Shown here piece by piece: positions 17,616 to 25,955 of a stretch of 32,000 bases of DNA. The notes beneath the pieces are model-generated. The model ran no database searches. It was not told where the DNA came from and saw only the letters and a list, made by a program, of their open reading frames with translations. The stretch's first letter is position 1, and every line of letters begins with the position of its first letter. The position numbers and the translations under genes are program-made. This DNA is from an uncultured archaeon. Lineage in GTDB: Archaea > Iainarchaeota > Iainarchaeia > Iainarchaeales > Iainarchaeaceae. Where the stretch lies: the NCBI GenBank assembly GCA_964577555.1, contig CAZNZM010000004.1, forward strand, positions 1-32,000. The letters are read 5' to 3'.

Positions 17616-18164
17616 ATGCCGCAAGAAATCACAATAGCAACACAAGAATTGAAAGCACTTGCTTCAGAATCAAGAACAAAAATACTCAAAAACCTAAACG
17701 AACGAAACCACACACTTTCAGAACTTTCAACAAAACTAAACATGACACCCCCAACAATAAAACAACACATCAAAATACTCATGAACTGTGGCTTAATAGA
17801 ATTAATAGACGAAGGCAGAAAATGGAAATACTATACGCTTACAAAAAAAGGAAAACAAATACTCAAAACAAACGAAACAAATTCAAAAATATTCATACTA
17901 CTTTCAGCAACAATCATATTAGGAATAATGGCAATAGCAATGCTTTTCCTATACAATAACACTACGCCAATGCAAAGCGCGCAAATTCAAAAAGAAAAAT
18001 GGCAAGAAAAAACAAACATACAAACAAACTACAACTTAGAAACAAACAAAATCCAAGAAGAACAAAAAATAGAAACAAAAGACACAAACGCTAACGAAGA
18101 ACAAGAAACCTGCACACTTACAAAAGAAAAAGAATGCACAGACAAAAATGAGACAAAAAAATAA
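17616..18164 (+). CDS. ArsR-family winged-HTH regulator fused to a C-terminal TM helix and a low-complexity tail
   Basis: 'LKALASESRTKILKNLNERNHTLSELSTKLNMTPPTIKQHIKILMNCGLIELIDEGRKWKYYTLTKKG' is a classic ArsR/SmtB wHTH. It is followed by the TM helix 'IFILLSATIILGIMAIAMLFLY' and a Q/E/K/T/N-rich tail. 'gagg' lies ~8 nt upstream of the ATG. Confidence 0.8.
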   Translation: MPQEITIATQELKALASESRTKILKNLNERNHTLSELSTKLNMTPPTIKQHIKILMNCGLIELIDEGRKWKYYTLTKKGKQILKTNETNSKIFILLSATIILGIMAIAMLFLYNNTTPMQSAQIQKEKWQEKTNIQTNYNLETNKIQEEQKIETKDTNANEEQETCTLTKEKECTDKNETKK

Positions 18165-18317
18165 CAAAAATTGTTAAAAAAATACTCAACAAAAAAACAA
18201 TTTTTAAAACCAAACACCAAAAAAACCAAAACAAAGAAAATAAATTTGATCGCCTCACAAAAAAACAATTAAAAAAAATAAAATCGCCCAAAAAAATGGC
18301 TAGCAAAACAAAAAAAT
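18165..18317. repeat. A-rich/T-poor intergenic block
   Basis: Same composition and words as the other blocks ('aaaatggctagcaaaac', 'aaaatcgcccaaaaaaa'). Confidence 0.65.
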
Positions 18318-18319
18318 AA

Positions 18320-18350
18320 TATTCGTCAATCAACGTAATATTTAAATTTG
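18320..18350 (+). promoter_or_regulatory. Pilin promoter: the 11-mer 'tattcgtcaat' directly upstream of a TATA-like box
   Basis: 'tattcgtcaat' (~18320-18330) is identical to one arm of the 22-bp palindrome at ~21094-21115. 'taatatttaaattt' (~18337-18349) is centred ~29 nt upstream of ATG 18372. Confidence 0.5.
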
Positions 18351-18371
18351 TTTTCTATTAAATAAACAATA

Positions 18372-18563
18372 ATGCAAAACAAAGAAAGAGCCCAAGTATC
18401 TTTAGAAATGATAATAATAATCGCAGCACTAGTGGCAATAGTACTACTGCTTGTAAATCAACTGCAAAAAACAGCAGAACAAGGGGCGAAAGCAATTGAC
18501 AAAAAAGCAACAACAATTTTCAAAGAAATTGAAGACATCAAACAAAGCACAAATAACACTTGA
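18372..18563 (+). CDS. Small archaeal type IV pilin-like protein (class III signal peptide)
   Basis: 63 aa. 'MQNKERA|QVSLEMIIIIAALVAIVLLLV' has a short basic leader, Ala at -1, Glu at +5 and a ~20-aa hydrophobic helix, followed by a short polar tail. Confidence 0.8.
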   Translation: MQNKERAQVSLEMIIIIAALVAIVLLLVNQLQKTAEQGAKAIDKKATTIFKEIEDIKQSTNNT

Positions 18564-18924
18564 ATTCATGCTAATACTTGCCGCATGCATAGCATTCATA
18601 TCGGTTTTTACAACTATGGCAATTAAAATACAAGAAATGGCAAAAAATTCTATTAATGAAAAAAACATAGAGATGACAACAAAAAAAATTTCTAATGCTG
18701 CAAAAACACTAACAATGCTTGGAGAAGGATCTTCAATAAAATATACAAACATTGGCGAAGCTAAAATTATTCAAAAAGGAAAAAAATGCATCATTGAAAC
18801 AACACACAATAAAACAAAATACTTTGAATTAGAAGAAATCAACTGCCAAAATGAAATAGAAACAAAAAACAAAACAATCATAATCAAAAAAAACCAAGGA
18901 AAAATAACAATCCAGGCAAAATAA
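18529..18924 (+). CDS. Type IV pilin-like protein (class III signal peptide)
   Basis: ORF 18496..18924. An in-frame TTG at 18529 would give 'MKTSNKA|QITLEFMLILAACIAFISVF' with Glu at +5. The ATG at 18496 would give a 17-aa leader. With either start the gene overlaps the preceding pilin gene by 35 or 68 nt in another frame. The ectodomain has 2 Cys. Confidence 0.7.
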   Translation: MKTSNKAQITLEFMLILAACIAFISVFTTMAIKIQEMAKNSINEKNIEMTTKKISNAAKTLTMLGEGSSIKYTNIGEAKIIQKGKKCIIETTHNKTKYFELEEINCQNEIETKNKTIIIKKNQGKITIQAK

Positions 18925-19455
18925 AAAAAAACAAAAAAACAAACAACAAAAAAACAAAAAAAACACTCGAATTGCAAAAAAAACAACCCACCAAACAAAA
19001 AACAAAAAATAAAAAAAATCAACTCACAAAAAAAAACAAAATCCAAAATTAAAAAAAACAAAAAAACAATGACAAAAAAAATGGCTCACAAAAAAAACAA
19101 ACCAAATTAAAAAAAAAAAAACAAAAAATGACAAAAAAATCAACCAACAAAAAAAAAGAATCAAAAAAAAAGCAAAAAAAACTAGCCAAAAAAACAATTA
19201 AAAAAAATAAATTGACTTGAAAAACAAACAATAAAAAAAATAAAAAAAAACAGCCAAGAAAAAAAATAATTCAAAAAAAACAGCTCGCCAAAAAAAACAA
19301 TTAAAAAAATATAGAAAAAATCGGCTCACAAAAACAAACAACTTGACAAAAAAATACCAAAAAAAAGAAAAATGACAAAAAAACGGCTCACCAAAAAAAA
19401 CAAACAAAAAAAACAACCTACCAAACAAAAAACAAAAAAAAACAAAAAAATGAAT
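18925..19455. repeat. Long A-rich/T-poor intergenic mosaic repeat block at a convergent junction
   Basis: ~530 nt. It contains copies of modules seen at ~2751-2825, ~8239-8370 and ~8060-8100, plus one diverged copy of the 60-nt tandem unit (~19321-19385). The ORFs here are poly-F or poly-K artefacts. Confidence 0.85.
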
Positions 19456-19794
19456 TCAAAGAGACAAACCTATTTCAACACTATAAAAACCACAATTAAG
19501 TTCAACAAAATCAAAAACCTCACCAACACCGCCAGAAACAACCTCCCTGCCACCAAACCAAAGAGAATAATTTCCAACGCCAAGAAAAAAATCAGCGTCA
19601 GATTTAAGTTCATCAACACCAACACCACAACCAGAATAACTCCAAACAACCAACAAATCCCTAATTTTTTGTATTTTAACCAAATTAACCAAACCTGAAT
19701 TATTATGCAAAAAAAAACCCGAAGCGAAAAATAAAAGAAAAACCAAAAGCAAAAAACACAAAACCGACTCAAAAGAAAAAAAACCCCTATTCAC
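19456..19794 (-). CDS. Pilin-like protein, 4th gene of the minus-strand pilin operon
   Basis: 112 aa with a GTG start. 'MNRG|FFSFESVLCFLLLVFLLFFA' has Gly at -1 and Glu at +5. The ectodomain has 2 Cys. It overlaps the upstream gene by 8 nt. Confidence 0.65.
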   Translation of the reverse strand: MNRGFFSFESVLCFLLLVFLLFFASGFFLHNNSGLVNLVKIQKIRDLLVVWSYSGCGVGVDELKSDADFFLGVGNYSLWFGGREVVSGGVGEVFDFVELNCGFYSVEIGLSL

Positions 19795-20239
19795 TGCAAA
19801 CCACTACACCCAAAACGCCTTTTTTATCAATATAATGCTCCAACAAAACAAACCTTTCAAACACAACACAATCGCCCTTTACAGAATCAAAATAAAATTT
19901 CTTCCCATTTTTACCAACCAAATACAAAGCAGAAACCGAATACTTGCCAAAATAAGAAGGCCTGGCTTTGGAAAGCAACGAAACATCAACAACATTTGAA
20001 AACAACCGCTTTTTTTCGGAATCAAAATAAGCAGAACCAAGCAAAGAATTTTCCAAATCCCTATTCTTAACCAAAGATTCAGAAATTGAAAAACCAAACA
20101 AAAACAATTCATTATTGACAATTTCATCAGAATACCATTGCAAAGCCCCGACAACAAAATACACTATCAAAAGAAAACCAAAAAAAACGAAAAGAAAAGA
20201 AACCAAAGAATCAAAAGAAAAAAACAAACCCTTAACCAT
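19787..20239 (-). CDS. Pilin-like protein, 3rd gene of the operon
   Basis: The real start is probably Met-96 of ORF 19787..20524 (ATG at 20239), giving 'MVKGLFFSFDSLVSFLFVFFGFLLIVYFVV', which parallels the 'MNRGFFSFES' of its neighbour. The ectodomain has 2 Cys. It overlaps the upstream gene by 8 nt. The 95-aa 5' extension overlaps a better ORF and is low-complexity. Confidence 0.65.
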   Translation of the reverse strand: MVKGLFFSFDSLVSFLFVFFGFLLIVYFVVGALQWYSDEIVNNELFLFGFSISESLVKNRDLENSLLGSAYFDSEKKRLFSNVVDVSLLSKARPSYFGKYSVSALYLVGKNGKKFYFDSVKGDCVVFERFVLLEHYIDKKGVLGVVVCSE

Positions 20240-20540
20240 AATGCAACCTTCCCTTGAAAAAATACTTGCCTGATAAAGAAAAAACCAAACGATAAAAAGC
20301 ACCATCAAAAACTTTTTTTGAAGAAAAAAAACCAGAACACTTTTCAGGCAACAAAATATAACCATCTGAATGAGAAAAAAACAAATTTCCAATAGAAACA
20401 CAAACAGACAAACTTGACTTATAAGAAAGGGAATCAATAGCTGAAGAAAAACCGGACAAAAAATCTCTCTCAACAACCAATAATACGCTAACAACACAAA
20501 AAATGCACAACAAAGCAACAACAAAATCCAAAGAAATCAT
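20232..20540 (-). CDS. Pilin-like protein, 2nd gene of the operon
   Basis: 102 aa. 'MISLDFVVALLCIFCVVSVLLVV' has Asp at position 5 and no basic leader. There are 2 Cys after the helix. Its ATG overlaps the upstream stop (ATGA). Confidence 0.6.
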   Translation of the reverse strand: MISLDFVVALLCIFCVVSVLLVVERDFLSGFSSAIDSLSYKSSLSVCVSIGNLFFSHSDGYILLPEKCSGFFSSKKVFDGAFYRLVFSLSGKYFFKGRLHYG

Positions 20541-21064
20541 GGCAATGACACCACAACAGATTGCGAATAACCCTTAGGAAGTCTAAAAAAAGAAGTATAA
20601 TCCCCTTGCTTTATTTCAGCACAAGGAAAAAAACCCTCAATAGTTCCAGAAATAAAATACTTCAAAACAACAAAATTGCCAGACCGAAAAACAATAAACT
20701 TAGTGGCAGAGGCAAGCAAAGGCAATGACAAAGGAAAAATTTTTTTTACGCCAAAAGGAGAATCAACACAAAGACTGATTGAACCAAAATTTGAATTCAA
20801 CACGTTGAACAAAGAATAATCAATAAACGACTTGGCAACGGAAGAATCAATAGGAAAGACTGCAGAACCGCGAAGCGCATTGCCAACAGCCAAATCTATA
20901 GAAACCTCAGCCTTGGTTCGCAAAAAATCAGCAGAAGAAACCGAATAAGCCAAATATTCAGACATTTGCAAATCCGAAAAAACAAAACTTGAAAAATAAT
21001 AAACCAAAAAAATTACTTGAAAAGCAAAAAGCAACAAAACAGAACCGGAAAAACCTTTAAACAT
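20537..21064 (-). CDS. Pilin-like protein, 1st gene of the operon
   Basis: 175 aa. 'MFKG|FSGSVLLLFAFQVIFLVYYF' has a short basic leader ending in Gly and then a hydrophobic helix. The ectodomain has 2 Cys. Confidence 0.65.
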   Translation of the reverse strand: MFKGFSGSVLLLFAFQVIFLVYYFSSFVFSDLQMSEYLAYSVSSADFLRTKAEVSIDLAVGNALRGSAVFPIDSSVAKSFIDYSLFNVLNSNFGSISLCVDSPFGVKKIFPLSLPLLASATKFIVFRSGNFVVLKYFISGTIEGFFPCAEIKQGDYTSFFRLPKGYSQSVVVSLP

Positions 21065-21093
21065 AAAAAAAACACCTACAAAAAACTTTAAAA

Positions 21094-21115
21094 TTATTCG
21101 TCAATTGACGAATAA
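21094..21115. promoter_or_regulatory. Perfect 22-bp palindrome (candidate operator) in a divergent promoter spacer
   Basis: 'ttattcgtcaattgacgaataa' equals its own reverse complement. It lies ~30-50 nt upstream of the minus-strand pilin operon start (21064), next to the TATA-like 'aataattttaaag' on the minus strand. It is also ~50-70 nt upstream of the M50 protease start (21163). Confidence 0.6.
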
Positions 21116-21162
21116 AGTTATTAGTTGGATTTTTATGCTTTTTCAAATTAAAAATAAAAAAC

Positions 21163-21780
21163 ATGGAAAAAAAAGAAATCAAAGACATACTAATAAGCTG
21201 GATAACAATAAGCTTTGCATTCTCATGGATAGGCTTGCAAATATTCAGCCCAAAAGGAATGATAGAATTTACAATAAATTTTTTAATAATCGCAATAGCT
21301 GTTGGCAGCGGATTCATACTCCACGAACTAGCACACAGATATATTGCAATAAATTTCGGAGCAAAAGCAAAATACATTGCATGGAAAGAAGGATTACTAT
21401 TAGCAGTCGCACTAGCAATAATAACAAACGGGACATTCGTATTTGCAGCCCCAGGAGCAGTATATGTCTATGGAAAAAAAATCCTAACAAAACAAAACGG
21501 AATAATATCAATAGCAGGACCAGTAACAAACATTTTAGTAGCACTTGCAGCAAGCATAATAGGAATACTGCTAAGCCCAACAGGTTTAATACTAACAATA
21601 ATAAAAAGCACAATAATGGTCAACTTCTTCTTAGCAGCCTTCAACCTAATCCCCATAGGACCGCTTGACGGAAAAAAAGTATTCCTGTGGAGCAAAACAG
21701 CTTGGACAATAACAATACTAACCGCAATATCCGGAGTAATACTCAACGAACAATATTTCCAAATAATAGGACTAGCCTAA
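21163..21780 (+). CDS. Site-2 protease family zinc metalloprotease (peptidase M50)
   Basis: 205 aa and polytopic. 'FILHELAHRYIAINFGAKAK' supplies the HExxH motif. 'FNLIPIGPLDGKKVF' supplies the NxxPxxxLDG motif. Confidence 0.9.
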   Translation: MEKKEIKDILISWITISFAFSWIGLQIFSPKGMIEFTINFLIIAIAVGSGFILHELAHRYIAINFGAKAKYIAWKEGLLLAVALAIITNGTFVFAAPGAVYVYGKKILTKQNGIISIAGPVTNILVALAASIIGILLSPTGLILTIIKSTIMVNFFLAAFNLIPIGPLDGKKVFLWSKTAWTITILTAISGVILNEQYFQIIGLA

Positions 21781-21852
21781 AAAAAACAAACTATAAATAT
21801 AAATTTTACAACAACACACAAAAATTAATAAAGCAATAAAACACCCAAATTA

Positions 21853-22521
21853 ATGATGAAAAAAACAAAATCAACTATAATAATCACAGGAATAATCATT
21901 CTTACAATATTGGGACAAGGCTGCTTGAAAGAAACAATTGAAAAAAAAGACAAAAACGAAGCTTGCAAAGAAATAATATGCAAGGAAAAATGCGACGGCA
22001 CAACACTAAATTATGACGGAAAATGCATTGAAGGAAAATGCTATTACGCAATAGAAACATACTCGCCAAAATGCAAATCAGCACCACCAGCAGACACCAT
22101 AATCCCAAAAAAACCAGAATACGCTTTTGACACCAAACTACTGCTATGCGACTACGACAAAGCAATGAAAAAATACACCTTAATCTACCAAATAACAAAC
22201 AAAAGCGAAAAAACAATACAACACGGCTCTACAATATGGCTCAAAGTTCTTCAAACAGAATACGCATCACCAAGAACAATACAAAACACATACAAACCTG
22301 GAAAAATACTATGGGAAGAAATGAAAATCAATTATCTTGACAAATCTTACATAGGACAATCATGGCAAATAAGAGACGTGAATTCAGACCAACCACTTGA
22401 TTTCCAATTAATATTCTGCGAACCAAACTTTTCTGAAAAAAACAAATGCGACACATACAACGGCTACCTATTAACAAGCGGAAACATACTTGAAATATGC
22501 AAACAAAACAAAACAACATAA
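21853..22521 (+). CDS. Cys-rich putative lipoprotein
   Basis: 222 aa. The signal 'MMKKTKSTIIITGIIILTILGQGC' ends in a lipobox-like Cys, and 10 further Cys follow. I recognise no family. Confidence 0.65.
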   Translation: MMKKTKSTIIITGIIILTILGQGCLKETIEKKDKNEACKEIICKEKCDGTTLNYDGKCIEGKCYYAIETYSPKCKSAPPADTIIPKKPEYAFDTKLLLCDYDKAMKKYTLIYQITNKSEKTIQHGSTIWLKVLQTEYASPRTIQNTYKPGKILWEEMKINYLDKSYIGQSWQIRDVNSDQPLDFQLIFCEPNFSEKNKCDTYNGYLLTSGNILEICKQNKTT

Positions 22522-22897
22522 AAAAACTCGAATTTGCAAAAAAATGACAAAAAAAACAGCTAGCCAAAAAAACAAAACAAAAAAAATACAAAAAAATAAT
22601 TCTATTTGAAAAAAAATAAATAGGCTCGCAAAAACAAACAACAAAAAAAACCAATGACAAAAACAAAAAAATAATTCAAAAAAAGTTCACACAAAAAAAC
22701 ACAATAAAAAAAACACTCGGCTTACAATCCCAAAACAAAAAAACTAGTACAAAAAAAATCAAAAAAAAACAAATTCTAAAAAAAATGGCTCACCAAAAAA
22801 AACAACTGGCTCGGCGCAAAAAAAAATCAATGACACAAAAAAACAAAAAAATAATTCAAAAAAATTAGAGAAAATTAGCTAAAAAAAATAAAAAAAA
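22522..22897. repeat. A-rich/T-poor intergenic mosaic repeat block at a convergent junction
   Basis: ~375 nt with the same words as the other blocks ('aaaatggctcaccaaaaaaaac', 'cagctagccaaaaaaac'). It has an internal direct repeat, 'caatgaca..aaaaa..caaaaaaataattcaaaaaaa', at ~22641-22681 and ~22828-22863. Confidence 0.8.
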
Positions 22898-25087
22898 CTA
22901 TCTGACATAACTTGGCTTAAAAGCCTGTGCAACAGAACTCTTGAAAGCATCATACGCTTCAATTGTTTCCTTAGAAATAGAAGGCAAGATTTTTTGCATC
23001 GCCATTTCAAAATGATGCGGCTTGATTTCAGCCTGCTTGAAATCAGCCTCTTTCATAGCAAACAACGCAGCCTCTCTAATCAAACCCTCAAGATCTGCAC
23101 CACTATAACCTTCAGTTTTCCTTGCAATTTCCTCAAGCGAAACGCTTTTAGAAAGAGGCACGTTTTTAGAATGAATCTTAAGTATTGCAAGCCTAGCTGG
23201 TTCGTCGGGAGCCGGAACTTTAATCAATTTATCAATCCTGCCTGGACGCATAAGAGCAGGATCAATCAAATCAGGCCTATTAGTAGCAGCCACAAAAACC
23301 ACTCCTTTAAGCTCCTCAATACCATCAAGCTCGGTTAAAAGCTGATTAACCATACGTTCGTTCACACCAGCATCAGTATTAATACCGCGTCTTGCAGCAA
23401 TACTGTCAATTTCATCAAAAAAAACAACAACAGGGGAAACCTGCCTTGCACGCTGAAAAACCTTTCTAATACCCTTTTCAGATTCGCCAACCCACATGCT
23501 TATAAGCTGAGGACCCTTAATCGAAATAAAATTAGCCTCAGACTCAGTTGCAATGGCCTTTGCAATAGCAGTCTTGCCACAACCAGGAGGGCCATAAAGC
23601 AAAACACCGGAAGGCGGCTTTATACCCATTTTCTGAAAAGCATCAGGATTTTTCAAAGGCCACTCAATTGCTTGCTTAAGCTCATTCTTCAAATCATCAA
23701 GACCGCCAATATCAGACCACTTAACATTAGGCACCTCAATAGTAACCTCCCTCAAAGCAGAAGGTTGAACATCCTTCAATGCCTCAAGAAAATCCTCCTT
23801 TTTAACCTCAAGACTTTCAAGCACATCCTCAGGAATAGTTTGCTCCTCGAGATTTATCTTTGGAAGATACCTGCGCAAAGCCTTCATGGCTGCCTCTTTA
23901 GCGAGAGCTTCAAGATCAGCTCCGACAAAACCATGAGTAACGGAAGCAAAATAATCCAAATCAACATTTTTCGCCAAAGGCATACCTCTAGTATGAATCC
24001 TCAAAATATCAAGACGACCCTTTTTAGAAGGCACGCCAATATCAATTTCCCTATCAAAACGACCAGGCCTACGCAAAGCCTCATCAATACTATTAATCCT
24101 ATTAGTAGCACCAATAACAATTACCTGACCACGAGCCTCCATACCATCCATTGCGGAAAGAATCTGAGCAACAACCCTTCGCTCAACCTCGCCAACAACC
24201 TCGTCACGCTTAGGAGCTATAGCATCAATCTCATCAAAAAAAATGATTGAGGGAGCATTCTTCTCAGCCTCCTTAAAAACCTCTCTTATTCTCTCCTCGG
24301 CTTCGCCAACAAACTTACTCATAATACTTGGAGAAGAAATCGCAATAAAATGAGCCTGAGTCTCATTAGCAACAGCCTTAGCCAACAAAGTCTTCCCAGT
24401 ACCAGGAGGCCCATAAAGCAAAACACCCTTAGGCGGATTTATGCCAAGCCTCCTAAAAATTTCAGGGTGCTTCATAGGAAGCTCAATCATCTCCCTAACC
24501 TTTTGAATCTGCTCATCAAGACCGCCAATATCCTCATAAGAAATCCTAGGAATGCCACCAAGAGCATCCTTCACAGGCTCCTCCTTAAGCACAAACTGAG
24601 TAAAATCAGTAACCTTTACAATACCCCTTGGATTAGTATCAATAACCTGATAAATAAAACCAGAACCAAAAACAGAAATCAAAACCTGATCACCCTTATT
24701 CAAAGGCCTGCCAATAAAATTCTTCTTCAAAATCCTGTCATAACCAGAAGCAATAATCCTAACATCCTGAGTAGGAGCCAACACAACCCTCTTAGCCTCA
24801 GAAAACTCAGCTTTCCTCACACTCACCTTATCGCCAAGAGCAACACCAGCATTACGCCTAATCAAATTATCCATCCTAATAATTCCCTTGCCTTCATCCT
24901 CCTGCCTAGCAGGCCAAATAACAGCAGCAGTACTCTGAGAACCCCTAATCTCAACAATATCCCCAGAAGTCACGCCAAGCTCCTCTTTAGTCCGCCTATC
25001 AAGAGTAATTATATTACGCCCAACATGAGAAGGATCAGGCTCTTCAACCCTCAAAACAACTTCCTTTTTAGGCTTGCCAGATAACAT
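22898..25087 (-). CDS. cdc48: Cdc48/VCP-type AAA+ ATPase (N domain plus D1 and D2)
   Basis: The ATG at 25087 gives 'MLSGKPKKEVVLRVEEPDPSHVGRNIITLD...'. There are two Walker A motifs ('GPPGTGKTLLAKAVA' and 'GPPGCGKTAIAKAIA') and two Walker B motifs ('IIFFDEIDAIA' and 'VVFFDEIDSIA'). The 30-aa 5' extension in the ORF track is spurious. Confidence 0.95.
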   Translation of the reverse strand: MLSGKPKKEVVLRVEEPDPSHVGRNIITLDRRTKEELGVTSGDIVEIRGSQSTAAVIWPARQEDEGKGIIRMDNLIRRNAGVALGDKVSVRKAEFSEAKRVVLAPTQDVRIIASGYDRILKKNFIGRPLNKGDQVLISVFGSGFIYQVIDTNPRGIVKVTDFTQFVLKEEPVKDALGGIPRISYEDIGGLDEQIQKVREMIELPMKHPEIFRRLGINPPKGVLLYGPPGTGKTLLAKAVANETQAHFIAISSPSIMSKFVGEAEERIREVFKEAEKNAPSIIFFDEIDAIAPKRDEVVGEVERRVVAQILSAMDGMEARGQVIVIGATNRINSIDEALRRPGRFDREIDIGVPSKKGRLDILRIHTRGMPLAKNVDLDYFASVTHGFVGADLEALAKEAAMKALRRYLPKINLEEQTIPEDVLESLEVKKEDFLEALKDVQPSALREVTIEVPNVKWSDIGGLDDLKNELKQAIEWPLKNPDAFQKMGIKPPSGVLLYGPPGCGKTAIAKAIATESEANFISIKGPQLISMWVGESEKGIRKVFQRARQVSPVVVFFDEIDSIAARRGINTDAGVNERMVNQLLTELDGIEELKGVVFVAATNRPDLIDPALMRPGRIDKLIKVPAPDEPARLAILKIHSKNVPLSKSVSLEEIARKTEGYSGADLEGLIREAALFAMKEADFKQAEIKPHHFEMAMQKILPSISKETIEAYDAFKSSVAQAFKPSYVR

Positions 25088-25139
25088 AAAAATAAAAAAA
25101 ATAAATCTAATTTTAAAACCATGCCATGCAAAAAAAAAA

Positions 25140-25955
25140 TTAATTAAAATCTCCAACAAACAAACTAATACCGCCATTAGGCAACAAAGAAACTATCTCA
25201 TCAAGCCGAGAAGAAAAATCAACACCAAATTTTACAGAAAACTTTGCAACAACCTTCTTTGCAACCTCGCCCTTAGACTCCCTGCCAAAACCCAAAAAAA
25301 CATGATAATCACAACGAGACTTAACAGCAGAAGGCGGACCAGACATCAATTCAAAATCACTGCCAACCTTCTTGCAACCAATAGCAAACTCCAAAGGCGT
25401 CCTTTTGAACCAAACCCTCTTACCATAAACCATAAAAGCTCCAAGCCCAATTGCTTCACCAGAAGGAGATCTTTTAGTTACTTGTTCAGGCTTTGCAGAA
25501 TAAACATCAATACCTGAAATCTGCTCCTGCCAAGCCTTAGAAAACACAGCAGCAAAAACAGCGGCTTCCCTCATAGAAATTTCCCCCGGTTGCCTTCCAT
25601 CACACTTCAACACAACATGCGAAGCACCATGAATATCAGCATGAAAATAAACATCATCAGGCTTCATAAACTTGTTAACCAAATCCTCATTGCTCTTAGC
25701 ATCACGACCTCCAATAACAAGAAAACCCTCACTAGTAAAAAACCAATGAAAACGCTCAAACCACTTTCTCTCACGCTTCTTCAAAACCTGTTTCCCCTTT
25801 GCTTTATGTTCAGCCACTCCAACAATTTTAGAATCCAAAACAGACATGCCAACAGAAAGCCCGTCAAGCTTCCTCTTCCACTTCTTGGCAAGCTCATAAT
25901 AAGCAGCAGCATTTTCATTAACAGATTTTGTAAAATCCAATTCAAGCATCATCAA
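25140..25955 (-). CDS. NFACT-R (DUF814) domain protein, matching only the C-terminal half of Rqc2/FbpA-type NFACT proteins
   Basis: 271 aa. 'LDFTKSVNENAAAYYELAKKWKRKLDGL' is followed by 'RKWFERFHWFFTSEGFLVIGGRDAKSNEDLVNKFMKPDDVYFHADIHGASHVVLK', the DUF814/NFACT-R signature. No NFACT-N domain is present. The gene ends 52 nt upstream of the cdc48 start. Confidence 0.8.
   Translation of the reverse strand: MMMLELDFTKSVNENAAAYYELAKKWKRKLDGLSVGMSVLDSKIVGVAEHKAKGKQVLKKRERKWFERFHWFFTSEGFLVIGGRDAKSNEDLVNKFMKPDDVYFHADIHGASHVVLKCDGRQPGEISMREAAVFAAVFSKAWQEQISGIDVYSAKPEQVTKRSPSGEAIGLGAFMVYGKRVWFKRTPLEFAIGCKKVGSDFELMSGPPSAVKSRCDYHVFLGFGRESKGEVAKKVVAKFSVKFGVDFSSRLDEIVSLLPNGGISLFVGDFN

Noticed and set aside
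22898-25177. 5' extensions of ORF-track entries (cdc48 to 25177, PIN to 11478, pilin-like gene to 20524, rfcL to 16040, pheS from 11212, pheT from 12728)
   Set aside because: The extensions start at non-ATG codons and encode F/L/C-rich junk, or they overlap neighbouring genes. An internal ATG restores a canonical family N-terminus in each case.
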